A DNA stretch of 64,000 bases from assembly GCA_963836755.1 (NCBI GenBank), contig CAWIKF010000001.1:96001-160000 (forward strand), written 5' to 3'. The stretch comes from an uncultured Verrucomicrobiae bacterium (GTDB lineage: Bacteria; Verrucomicrobiota; Verrucomicrobiia; Chthoniobacterales; Chthoniobacteraceae). The notes beneath the pieces were generated by a model. The model saw only the letters and a list, made by a program, of their open reading frames with translations. It was not told the origin of the DNA and made no database searches. The translations under genes were made by a program, and so were the position numbers. Positions 40,066 to 49,647 of this stretch are shown here, piece after piece (positions within the stretch are counted from its first letter, which is position 1; each line of letters begins with the position of its first letter).

Positions 40066-40291
40066 GCTGTTGCGCGATGCTACGTCCCCGCCGCGACAAA
40101 GCCAAGAATTTGTCAGGTCTGCAGCCGACTCTCCCCGACCCCAAACCAAAGTGAATAAAGACGCTTCGCGCTCGGAGTAGCGGTTTGCGTCCCGGTCGGT
40201 GCGATGATGAGACGGTGGAGATTTTGCAATTGCACGGCTTGGCGCGCGAGGGTTTTTGCGCGAGGGTGCGGCGGTGATTGCTGAAACAAAA

Positions 40292-41380
40292 ATGCCGATC
40301 AAGGCTTTGTCTTTCGAAGAAATCGAGGCGCGCTTGCTGGCGCTCGGGCAGAAGAAGTATCGCGCGAAGCAGGTGGTGCAATGGCTTTATGAGAAGCGGG
40401 TGAGGTCGTTCGCGGAGATGAGTGATCTGCCGGCGGCGTTGCGCGAGCAGCTGGCTGCGGAGTTTTCGTTCGATGAGTTGACGCCGGTGCGGAAGACGGG
40501 GTCGCGCGATACGACGCAGAAGTTTTTGTTTCAATTGGGCGACGGGAGTTTGATCGAGTCGGTGCTGATCCCGGCGTCCCCAGCGCTGTATAGTGAGACG
40601 TCGGATCGGCGGACGATCTGTGTCTCGACGCAGGTCGGGTGCGCGTATGGGTGCAGGTTTTGCGCGAGCGGGCTGGATGGATTTTCGCGGAATTTGAGCG
40701 CGGGGGAAATTGTAGAGCAGATTTTGCGGGTGGAGGAGAGCAGCGGCGAACGGGTGGATAATGTGGTGTTCATGGGGATGGGGGAGCCGCTGGCGAATTT
40801 CGAAAATCTGTGCCGGGCGCTGACGATCATTAATGCGCACTGGGGAATTGGGATCGGTGCCCGCCACATCACGGTCTCGACGAGTGGGCTGGCGCCGCGG
40901 ATTCGCGAGCTGGCGGAGCTGCCGCTGACGGTGCGGCTGGCGATTTCGCTGCACGGGGCGACGGATGAGGTGCGGGAAAAAATCATGCCGGTGAACCGGA
41001 AGTATCCGCTGGCGGAGCTGCTCGATGCGTGCGGTTTTTGGATGCGCAAAAAACGGAAGGGGCTGACGTTTGAATACATCCTCATCCACGAGGTGAATGA
41101 CACGGCGGAGCAGGCGCACGCGCTGGCGCGGCACGCGGTGCGACTCGGCGCGAAGGTAAATTTGATCCCATACAATACGGTGGAGGGTTTGCCGTGGGAG
41201 CGCCCGCCGGTGCCGCGGCAGGAGGCGTTTTTGCGCATTTTGAGAAACGCGGATGTCGTGGCGACGATTCGCCGCGAGAAGGGTCACGATATCGACGCGG
41301 CGTGCGGGCAATTGCGACTGCGGACGGCGCGCGAGCTCGCCGGCGACAAATCTTTTGCAGAAAGCGCGAACGAGCATTAA
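40292..41380 (+). CDS. rlmN: 23S rRNA/tRNA m2A methyltransferase RlmN
   Basis: CAYGCRFC radical SAM motif, FMGMGEP, ISLHG, IDAACGQL. Confidence 0.95.
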   Translation: MPIKALSFEEIEARLLALGQKKYRAKQVVQWLYEKRVRSFAEMSDLPAALREQLAAEFSFDELTPVRKTGSRDTTQKFLFQLGDGSLIESVLIPASPALYSETSDRRTICVSTQVGCAYGCRFCASGLDGFSRNLSAGEIVEQILRVEESSGERVDNVVFMGMGEPLANFENLCRALTIINAHWGIGIGARHITVSTSGLAPRIRELAELPLTVRLAISLHGATDEVREKIMPVNRKYPLAELLDACGFWMRKKRKGLTFEYILIHEVNDTAEQAHALARHAVRLGAKVNLIPYNTVEGLPWERPPVPRQEAFLRILRNADVVATIRREKGHDIDAACGQLRLRTARELAGDKSFAESANEH

Positions 41381-41389
41381 CTAGAAGCG

Positions 41390-42034
41390 ATGGCCGACGA
41401 CGAGCCGCCAGCACGGATGTGGGATGAATACGATTGGGAGCGCTTTCTGCAGCAGCAGGATCGCAAGACGGAGCGTTACATGGAGCTGCTGGAAAAATAC
41501 ATCGATGATCCGAATCGCGACCAAATCATCGCGTGCGAGATGGGCTGGCATCATCTGCTCAATGACGAGGAGATGGAGGATATCGATTCGCAATTTTCGG
41601 AGGAGATGAAGTCGCTGGCGGCCGAGGAAGACATGGATCTCGACGCAGAAGCGGAGGCGTTCGAGGCGCATCCGCTGTATCAGGCATCATTCGCGCTGAC
41701 GGTCTGGCTGGATCAATTTTTCGACGACAACGGCGATCTGCAAAATCACCCGACCGCAGTGAAGCTCGCGACGCAATGCGCGATCGCGAGCGCGAAGCTC
41801 GCGGCTGCGCTCAGCGATGACGATGTGGATGAAATCGGGATGACGATCGCGTATTTAAAACGGGCGCTGAAGGCCGTGACGAACGCGATCGACGCCGGCG
41901 CGCAATTAAAAAAAGAAATCAATCTCAGCACCGCGCGGTGTGCGTCGCTCAACCATCGCCTGTTTCAGATTCGCGACCGAATCATCGCGCTCATGGGCGA
42001 ATACCGCTGCGAATGGCGCCGGCGCCAAGGGTGA
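41390..42034 (+). CDS. Acidic helical hypothetical protein
   Basis: 214-aa ORF tightly placed between rlmN and the sigma factor gene. Confidence 0.75.
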   Translation: MADDEPPARMWDEYDWERFLQQQDRKTERYMELLEKYIDDPNRDQIIACEMGWHHLLNDEEMEDIDSQFSEEMKSLAAEEDMDLDAEAEAFEAHPLYQASFALTVWLDQFFDDNGDLQNHPTAVKLATQCAIASAKLAAALSDDDVDEIGMTIAYLKRALKAVTNAIDAGAQLKKEINLSTARCASLNHRLFQIRDRIIALMGEYRCEWRRRQG

Positions 42035-42074
42035 AAATTTTTCGAATGAAGTCCCTGCGGCTTCGTCAAACACC

Positions 42075-42695
42075 GTGCCGTTAGCAGCTGAACCCGTAGC
42101 CGAGCCGCTCTCCACGGCGGCCGAGGACGCCGTGCTGGTGGCCCGCTGCCAGCGTGGCGACACGCAGGCTTTTAATGAGCTGGTTACCAAGCATCGCCAA
42201 AAAGTTTACGCAATGATTTACAACATGGTTCGCAACGAGCAGGACGCGTGGGACCTCGCGCAGGATGGATTCCTGAAGGCGTGGAAATCGATCGCGCGTT
42301 TCCGCGGCCAGTCCTCTTTTTACACGTGGCTCTATCGCATCATGATGAACGTCACGATCGATTGGGTGCGCAAAAAACGCATCGAAAGCCAAGCGGAATT
42401 TGACGAGACGCTTGGGCTGCGCGGCGTCGAGGCCGGCGCGGTGACGGCGCCAAAACAGGACGCACTGCCGTTAAAAAAAATGGAGCAGGTGGAGATTCGT
42501 GCACGCATCGATGCGGCGGTGGAAAAGCTGACGCCCGAGCATCGCGCGGTGATTTTGATGCGCGAGATGGACGGCCTCGAATACCAGGAAATCGCCGACG
42601 CGATGGAATGCTCGATCGGAACGGTCATGTCGCGCTTGTTTTACGCCCGCAAGAAACTGCAGGTCCTGCTGAAAGACGTTTATGAAAACATTTGA
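42075..42695 (+). CDS. ECF sigma-70 factor (RpoE/SigW-like)
   Basis: GDTQAFNELV, AWDLAQDGFLKAW, FYTWLYRI, YQEIA..GTVMSRLFYAR; start uncertain. Confidence 0.92.
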   Translation: MPLAAEPVAEPLSTAAEDAVLVARCQRGDTQAFNELVTKHRQKVYAMIYNMVRNEQDAWDLAQDGFLKAWKSIARFRGQSSFYTWLYRIMMNVTIDWVRKKRIESQAEFDETLGLRGVEAGAVTAPKQDALPLKKMEQVEIRARIDAAVEKLTPEHRAVILMREMDGLEYQEIADAMECSIGTVMSRLFYARKKLQVLLKDVYENI

Positions 42696-43191
42696 GGAAA
42701 AATTCACCGCATGGATTGACGGAACTTTGCCCGCACCGGAGCTCGCGGATTTCGAGCGCGAACTTTCCGCGAGGCCCGATGCCGAGTCCGAGCGATTCGC
42801 CGCAAAGCGGCTTGGCGGCTTGCTTCGCGAGCACATGGGAACGCCGCGGCTGAGCAACGAAGATTTTTTCAATCATCAGCTGATGCAGCGGATTGAAGCG
42901 GAGCAGCCGCGCGAGGAGCGCGCGCCGCTACGGACACTTTTCTGGACTTTGCCGCGCATGGCGTGGACCGGGGCGCTCTGCATGGTGCTCGCTGCGGCGC
43001 TTTATCGCGTCACGGTTCCGAAGACGCAAAAGCAGGTCGCGTCGAGCCAGCAATACGTGGCCAGTATCCTCAACGCGCATGCCGACGATCCGGACGTTTC
43101 TGCCACCGCGTATCACGACCAAGACGAAAACGTGACGGTGCTCTGGCTCGACGGATTGAACTACATTCCCGCCGACCGGAAGCTAAAGTAA
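42682..43191 (+). CDS. Putative transmembrane anti-sigma factor
   Basis: FTAWIDGTL..FEREL N-terminus, one TM segment, overlaps the sigma gene. Confidence 0.7.
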   Translation: MKTFEEKFTAWIDGTLPAPELADFERELSARPDAESERFAAKRLGGLLREHMGTPRLSNEDFFNHQLMQRIEAEQPREERAPLRTLFWTLPRMAWTGALCMVLAAALYRVTVPKTQKQVASSQQYVASILNAHADDPDVSATAYHDQDENVTVLWLDGLNYIPADRKLK

Positions 43192-43194
43192 CCG

Positions 43195-43632
43195 ATGCGC
43201 GCGACGATTCTTCTTTGCGCGCTCAGCGTGTTTTTGCCGCTGCAGTTTGTGCGCGCGGCAGCGCCGAGCGTCTGGAGCGGACTCGTGCTCGCGACGAACG
43301 AAGATCATCCGAAGGAAGCTCCGCTCGAACTGCGGAAGTTTAAAACAAAGCTGGAAAATGTTTTCGGCTACAACCAGCTCGAATTGATCGGCCAGCACAC
43401 GGAATCGATGGACGATCCGCTCGAGCATTGGCTCATCCCGAGCAAGAATTTCTGCCTGCGAGTGGATGCGAAACCGCTCTCGAAAATCGGCTGGCCGCTA
43501 CGGCTCCAGATTTTCGAGGACAAAAAATTGCTCGCGCATTTCGATGCGAACCTCGGCCCGCAAAGCCCGTTGTTTATCCGCGGCCCGCTTTACGCCGGCG
43601 GACAGTTGATCATCATTTTGCTGGTTAAGTGA
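43195..43632 (+). CDS. Secreted hypothetical protein
   Basis: Signal peptide; 3 bp downstream of the anti-sigma gene. Confidence 0.7.
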   Translation: MRATILLCALSVFLPLQFVRAAAPSVWSGLVLATNEDHPKEAPLELRKFKTKLENVFGYNQLELIGQHTESMDDPLEHWLIPSKNFCLRVDAKPLSKIGWPLRLQIFEDKKLLAHFDANLGPQSPLFIRGPLYAGGQLIIILLVK

Positions 43633-43661
43633 AAAGCAGCCGCCGCGAGCGCGGACGATTT

Positions 43662-44984
43662 TTAAATCGCGAAATCGTTATACTCCGGCTTCACCAGCTC
43701 GACGGGCGGATTCAACATTCCAGCGGCAACGGTGTGATTCGTCCCTTGCTCGATCAGGATGAATGAGCCGGTCAGCCGGTTCGCCGAGTAGCCGTCGAAA
43801 ACCAGCGGCCGCGCCGCGCGCAGGCGAATTTCGCCGATGTCGTTGAGCGCCAGTTCCGCTGGTTCGGGCTCGGGTTCGAATGTGGAAATATTGATGCGGT
43901 TTTCGATTGATTGAACAATTGCCTGCACGGTTTGCGACGTGTGCTTGAGGAAATATTTTCGCCCGCGCTGAAGCGGCCGCGGATTCATCCAGCAAATTTT
44001 TGCATGCAGATCAGTGCTCATGCCGGGCAAATTTTCGACGCCGATGATCGTGTCGCCGCGGCTGATATCGAGATCGTGCTCGAGCGTGATCGTCACCGAT
44101 TGCGGGCAAAATGCCTCGGGCAAAATTTTCTCGTGCAGCCGAATTTCCTTCACCGTGCTGCTCCAGCCGCCGGGCAGCACCATTACTTTTTGACCAACTT
44201 TTACGAGGCCGCCGGCGATTTGTCCGCTAAAGCCGCGGAAGTCGTGCAGCTTCGGATCGCGCGGATGATTCGGGCGATTGACCCATTGCACGGGCAGGCG
44301 AAACGCGGTCATGTTCCAGTCGCTCGCGATGTGGATCGTCTCGAGATGCGCGAGCAAAGCGGGGCCTTCATACCACGGCGCGGCCGAAGTTTTTTCGACT
44401 ACGTTGTCGCCATTGAGTGCGCTGATCGGGATGAATTTTACATCCTTGAAAATGTTGAGCCGCGGCAAAAACGCTTCGACTTCGTCGCGAATTTTCAGAA
44501 AGCGTTCCTCGCTCCAATCGACGAGATCCATTTTGTTCACGGCGATGACGAGATGCGGAATGCCGAGCAGCGCCGCGAGGTAAGTATGCCGCCGGCTTTG
44601 CTCGATCACGCCTTGTCGCGCGTCGATGAGCACGATGGAAAGATTGGCCGATGACGCGCCGGTGACCATGTTGCGCGTGTATTGGACGTGGCCCGGCGTG
44701 TCGGCGACGATGAACTTTCGGCGCGGCGTCGCGAAGTAGCGGTAGGCGACGTCAATGGTGATGCCTTGTTCGCGCTCGGCGCGCAATCCGTCGGTGAGAT
44801 TCGCGAGATTGATCGCGCCGCCGCCGGTGATGTCCGCCGAGCGTTCCATCGCCTCGATTTGATCCTCCATCAAAGATTTCGAGTCGTAGAGCAGCCGGCC
44901 GATGAGCGTGGATTTGCCGTCGTCCACGGATCCGCAGGTGTTAAAACGAAGTATGTCGATGGGATGATGCGCCGGCGCGGTCAT
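43662..44984 (-). CDS. cysN: Sulfate adenylyltransferase subunit 1 (no fused CysC)
   Basis: CGSVDDGKSTLIGRLL, EREQGITIDVAYRYF, ADTPGH, NKMD. Confidence 0.95.
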   Translation of the reverse strand: MTAPAHHPIDILRFNTCGSVDDGKSTLIGRLLYDSKSLMEDQIEAMERSADITGGGAINLANLTDGLRAEREQGITIDVAYRYFATPRRKFIVADTPGHVQYTRNMVTGASSANLSIVLIDARQGVIEQSRRHTYLAALLGIPHLVIAVNKMDLVDWSEERFLKIRDEVEAFLPRLNIFKDVKFIPISALNGDNVVEKTSAAPWYEGPALLAHLETIHIASDWNMTAFRLPVQWVNRPNHPRDPKLHDFRGFSGQIAGGLVKVGQKVMVLPGGWSSTVKEIRLHEKILPEAFCPQSVTITLEHDLDISRGDTIIGVENLPGMSTDLHAKICWMNPRPLQRGRKYFLKHTSQTVQAIVQSIENRINISTFEPEPEPAELALNDIGEIRLRAARPLVFDGYSANRLTGSFILIEQGTNHTVAAGMLNPPVELVKPEYNDFAI

Positions 44985-44985
44985 T

Positions 44986-45888
44986 TTAAAAATAGCCCTG
45001 CTTTTTCCGATCCTCCATCGCCGCCTCGGATGTTTTATCGTCGGCGCGCGAACCGCGTTCCGTCACGCGCGCGGCAGCGATTTCCGCGATGATGTCATCG
45101 ACCGATTGCGCGGGCGATTCGACCATGCCGGTGCTGATGATGTCGCCGATGGTGCGGACGCGGACGATGAGCTCGCGCACTTCCTCGTTCGGTTTTGGCG
45201 GCAGCAAATCGTTCACGGGTAGCCACTGGCCGGCGCGTCGCACGCACTTGCGCGGATGGCTGAAATAAATCGTCGGCACTTCGAGATTTTCCTCGCGGAT
45301 GTATTCCCACACGTCCATTTCCGTCCAGTTCGAGAGCGGAAAAACGCGCATGTGTTCGCCCGGATTTACGCGCGCGTTGTAAAGATTCCAGATTTCCGGC
45401 CGCTGATTTTTCGGATCCCATTGGCCGAACGAATCGCGAAAGGAAAAAAATCTTTCCTTCGCGCGCGCCTTTTCTTCATCGCGCCGCGCGCCGCCAATCG
45501 CGCAATCGAAACCGAACTCCTCGATCGCCGCGAGCAGCGTCGGGATTTGCAAACGATTCCGACTGATCTCGCCCGGCGCGGGCACTGCGATTCCCTGTGC
45601 AATTGCGTCGTCGACTTTGCGCACGATTAATTTCGCGCCGAGTTCGTGCGCGCGTTTGTCGCGGAAAATATTCAGCTCGGGAAAATGATGACCCGTGTCC
45701 ACATTCAGCAGCGGCATCGGCAGCTCGGATGGCCGGAATGCTTTTTCCGCGAGCCGCAGCAGACAGATCGAATCCTTGCCGCCGGAAAACATCAGCGCCG
45801 GATGCTCGAATTCCGCGGCGACCTCGCGCATCACGTGAATCGCCTCCGTTTCCAAATATTGCAGATGATCTAAATGATAAGACTTCAT
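44986..45888 (-). CDS. cysD: Sulfate adenylyltransferase subunit 2
   Basis: FSGGKDS, GGARRDEEKARAKER, WDPKNQRPE, MEDRKKQGYF. Confidence 0.97.
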   Translation of the reverse strand: MKSYHLDHLQYLETEAIHVMREVAAEFEHPALMFSGGKDSICLLRLAEKAFRPSELPMPLLNVDTGHHFPELNIFRDKRAHELGAKLIVRKVDDAIAQGIAVPAPGEISRNRLQIPTLLAAIEEFGFDCAIGGARRDEEKARAKERFFSFRDSFGQWDPKNQRPEIWNLYNARVNPGEHMRVFPLSNWTEMDVWEYIREENLEVPTIYFSHPRKCVRRAGQWLPVNDLLPPKPNEEVRELIVRVRTIGDIISTGMVESPAQSVDDIIAEIAAARVTERGSRADDKTSEAAMEDRKKQGYF

Positions 45889-45927
45889 GGAATGGCGCGC
45901 GCGATGGCGCGGGATTTCCTCGCCGCG

Positions 45928-46590
45928 TCAGCTCACGGCTTCCGCGGCCTTCCCGCCCCACGCCGCGTGCAGGCCGCACTCGCGCTTTTCATCGGCCTTC
46001 GCGGGATCGAAATAATCCCACTCATTCGGCAGGCCGTGCGCGGCGAGATACGATTCCATTTCCGCGTCGTCGAAATAAAAAAACGGGCTGACTTTCAGCG
46101 CGCCGAAATTTTTGTCCTCGGAAACAATGTCGAGCTCAGCGCGATTCGGATTTTGCACTTTGCGCAAAGCCGTCAGCCAGACGGTCGGCGCGAGTTCTTT
46201 CATGCCGCGCTGAAATGGCTCGAGCTTGAAAATGGCGCTGAATTCTTTCAGCGCCGCTTCATTTTCCGGCGTCGGAATTTCGCCGTGAATCGCGTCGCGA
46301 TGCGCGGCCGTCATGCGCGGGACGAATGCCTTGATGTTTAAATTCAGCAACTTTTTCAGCTCTTCCGCGTGGCGATAAGTCGCCGGCCGGTTGTAGCCGT
46401 GATCGACCCAAAGCACCGCAATGTCCGGCTGCGCCTGGACGCAAACGTGCAAAATCGCCGCTTCGTATGGACGAAAATTTGTCGAGACAATCGCGCGACC
46501 GGGCGCAACTGCGAGCGCCCATTCCACGATTTCGCGCGGCGATTTTTCGCGCAGTTCCGCATTTGCGCGGACGATTTGATCCGGAGACAT
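45928..46590 (-). CDS. cysH: PAPS/APS reductase family protein
   Basis: C-terminal KRECGLH, FKLEPF, upstream of cysD. Confidence 0.88.
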   Translation of the reverse strand: MSPDQIVRANAELREKSPREIVEWALAVAPGRAIVSTNFRPYEAAILHVCVQAQPDIAVLWVDHGYNRPATYRHAEELKKLLNLNIKAFVPRMTAAHRDAIHGEIPTPENEAALKEFSAIFKLEPFQRGMKELAPTVWLTALRKVQNPNRAELDIVSEDKNFGALKVSPFFYFDDAEMESYLAAHGLPNEWDYFDPAKADEKRECGLHAAWGGKAAEAVS

Positions 46591-46609
46591 TTTGCGAGCG
46601 GCGATCCTT

Positions 46610-48614
46610 TTAAGCTTCCGTCAATTGCGGCAGCGATTCGGCCGCTGCAACGACGGCGTCGGCGGTGATGCCGAGCTCTTTCATCACGGTTGCGCCCGGA
46701 GCGCTGAGGCCGAAGCGATCGATGCCGACAACTTTTCCGTCGAGCCCGACGTAGCGATACCAAAGATCGCTGACGCCCGCTTCGATCGCGACGCGGCGGC
46801 GGCAACTCGATGGCAAAACTTCCTCGCGATAGTCCGGCGATTGCCGATCAAAACGTTCGAAGCACGGCATTGAAACGACGCGCGTCGAGGCGCCAAGCGT
46901 CTTCGCGGCGGCCACGGCGTGCTGCAATTCACTGCCGCAGGAAAGCAAAATTGTCTCGAGCGGCTCGGTTTCTTTCACGGCAACGTAGCCGCCTTTCGCA
47001 ACGCCTTCGCGTCGATCCGCGACGGAAATTTCGCTGAGCATCGGCACGACCTGGCGCGTGAGTGCGAGCAAAGTCGGGCCGTCCGTGCGCTGCATCGCCG
47101 CGACAAATGCGCCCGCCGTTTCCTCCGGATCGGCCGGACGAATGACATCGAGATGCGGAATCACGCGCAGGCCGCTCACCGTTTCGACCGGCTGATGCGT
47201 CGGGCCGTCCTCGCCGACGCCGACGGAATCGTGCGTGAAAATGTAAGTGACCGGCAGCCCCGCGAGCGACGCGAGGCGGATCGATGCGCGACAGTAATCG
47301 GCGAAAACCAAAAACGTCGCGCAGCTCGGGCGGAAGATGCAGTCGTAGGCAAAGCCGTTGCAAATCGCGGCCATGCCGTGCTCGCGAATTCCGAAGCGGA
47401 TGTTGCGGCCGCTCCAGTTATCCGGCGAAAAATCTTTGTCGGAGTTGATGTAGTTCAACGTCGAGCCGTGCAGATCGGCGCTGCCGGAAATCAGCAGCGG
47501 CATCGCCTCGGCGATCGGCTGCAGCACTTCGCTGCCGGCTTTGCGCGTCGCGAGTTTTGCGTCGGCGGCGAACGGAGGAATTTTTTCCAGCAGATCCGCC
47601 GGAACATTTTTTTCGAGACCGGAATCGAGCAGCGCGGCGAGTTCCGGATTCGCTTTGCGCCAGGCGCGATACGTCTCATTCCATTTTTCATAGCCGGCGA
47701 CAAGCTGCTGCTTGCGCTCGAGGAAAAATTCGCGCGTTTCTTTTGAGACAAAAAAATGTTCGTCCGCCGGAAGGCCGAGCTCGACGCGATCTTTGTCCAC
47801 AAATTTTGCGCCGCCTTCGCCGTGCGCCTTTGCGGTGCCGGCGACTTCGGGAATGCCTTTGCCGATCAGCGTCCGCGCGATGATCACCTGCGGCTTGCCA
47901 GTCGCCGCTTTCGCTTTCTCGATCGCCGCGTGGATCGTCTCGAGATCGTTGCCCTCGATCGTCTGCACTTCCCATTCGATTGCCTCGAAACGCTTCGCGG
48001 CGTTTTCGCTTTGCGTGGCATTCGCCATCGCGTCGAGCGTCACGTCGTTCGAGTCGTAAATGAGGATCAGGTTGTCGAGTTTGAAATGCCCGGCGAACGC
48101 CATCGCTTCCATCGCGACGCCTTCCTGCATGCAGCCGTCGCCGGCGAGGCAGATGATGTGGTTGTCGAAAATTTTGTGCTCGGCCGATATTGAAACGCGC
48201 CGCGGCCATTTTCTGCGAAACAGCGTAGCCGACCGCGTTGCCGACGCCCTGGCCGAGCGGGCCCGTCGTCGCTTCGACGCCGTGCGTTTCAAAAGATTCC
48301 GGGTGGCCAGGCGTGTGGCTGTGCAACTGGCGGAAGCGCTTCACGTTTTCCATCGGCACGTCGAAGCCGGAAAGATGCAGCCATGAATAAAGGAACATCG
48401 AGCCGTGGCCGGCGCTGAGCACGAAGCGGTCGCGGTTGATCCAGCGCGGCTCGTCGGGATTGAAGACCATCGCGTGGCCATAAAGCACCGCGCCGATTTC
48501 CGCGCAGCCGAGCGGAAGCCCGAGATGGCCGGATTGGCACGCATGCACGGCGTCCATGGCGAGCCCGCGCGCTTCGTTTGCGGCGCGGGAGAGAGCTGTC
48601 GTGTTCATTTTCAT
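46610..48614 (-). CDS. tkt: Transketolase with a +1 frameshift near 48190 (probable sequencing error)
   Basis: [55 protein letters not shown] across two frames. Confidence 0.93.
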
Positions 48615-48754
48615 AAATGGGGAGCCGAGATTAAAACGCGCCCGCCGCAAGTCAAGACGGAGCGGTTTTGATTTCGCCGCGCGGTTTTTCTATTCTGGAA
48701 AAATCTCCGCGCGAAAAAATCTAAAAATGCGAATCCCAAAAATCCTGAATCCCG

Positions 48755-49594
48755 ATGCTCGTCTGGCGAAAACTTAGCTCCGCAAAATGGGAGGACGCGT
48801 GGATGGAACGGCTTAGCTGCATCGATCCGCAGCGCATCGTCATCAGCAATTTTGCCGGCGCGAAAACGATCCGCATCGAGGCTTACGACATTTCGCCGCG
48901 CGACGCGAAACAGCTTGTGAAGCACTTTGGCGGGCAGGTGAGGGAAATGAAGCGCCGCGACTTTGTCGCAGAGCACGCCGCGCTGCGGCCGCCGTTGCGC
49001 ATCCGCGACAAACTCCTCATCACCCGCACGCACGAGGAAAAAGAAAAACTTCGCGCGCAATTTCCGCGGCGGCACGTGCTCGTCATTCCCGCGGCGATGG
49101 CATTCGGCACGGGCGAACATGCGACGACTGCGACTTGTTTGCGGTGGCTGTGCAAACTGGCTGCGGAGTTTTCCGCGCCATGGGATCTGCTCGATCTCGG
49201 CACCGGAAGCGGCATTCTCGCGCTGGCGGCAAAAATGCTCGGCGCGCGCCGCGTCGATGCAGGCGACTTTGATCCCGACTGCATCCGCATCGCGCGCGAC
49301 AACTTTGACGCCAACGGATCGGCAGAAATCCATCTCCGCCAGCTCGACGTCACGAAATGGAAGCCGACGCGGACGTGGGATTTGGTCAGCGCAAATCTTT
49401 TCAGCAGCGTCCTGATCCGCGCCGCGCCGCAAATTTCGCGGGCGCTCAAACCGCGCGGCGCATTTCTTTTTTCCGGCATTCTCCGCGAGCAGGAGCGTGA
49501 TTGCGTGCGAGCGTTTGAACGCGAAAAAATGCACGTCGAGCAAATCATTCGCAAAGGAAAATGGGTGACCGGCCTCGCGCGGCGCCGGTCCTGA
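48755..49594 (+). CDS. prmA: Ribosomal protein L11 methyltransferase
   Basis: AMAFGTGEHATT, LDLGTGSGILA, ANL, SGIL. Confidence 0.9.
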   Translation: MLVWRKLSSAKWEDAWMERLSCIDPQRIVISNFAGAKTIRIEAYDISPRDAKQLVKHFGGQVREMKRRDFVAEHAALRPPLRIRDKLLITRTHEEKEKLRAQFPRRHVLVIPAAMAFGTGEHATTATCLRWLCKLAAEFSAPWDLLDLGTGSGILALAAKMLGARRVDAGDFDPDCIRIARDNFDANGSAEIHLRQLDVTKWKPTRTWDLVSANLFSSVLIRAAPQISRALKPRGAFLFSGILREQERDCVRAFEREKMHVEQIIRKGKWVTGLARRRS

Positions 49595-49647
49595 AATTCG
49601 TTTGACGTGCCGCGCGGCGTGCCGCTAACGTGCCTCCCCTTTTCGCC

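Noticed and set aside
48615..48754. SAM or other riboswitch upstream of the tkt-cys genes
   Set aside because: No recognisable aptamer consensus; it appears to be a short divergent promoter region.
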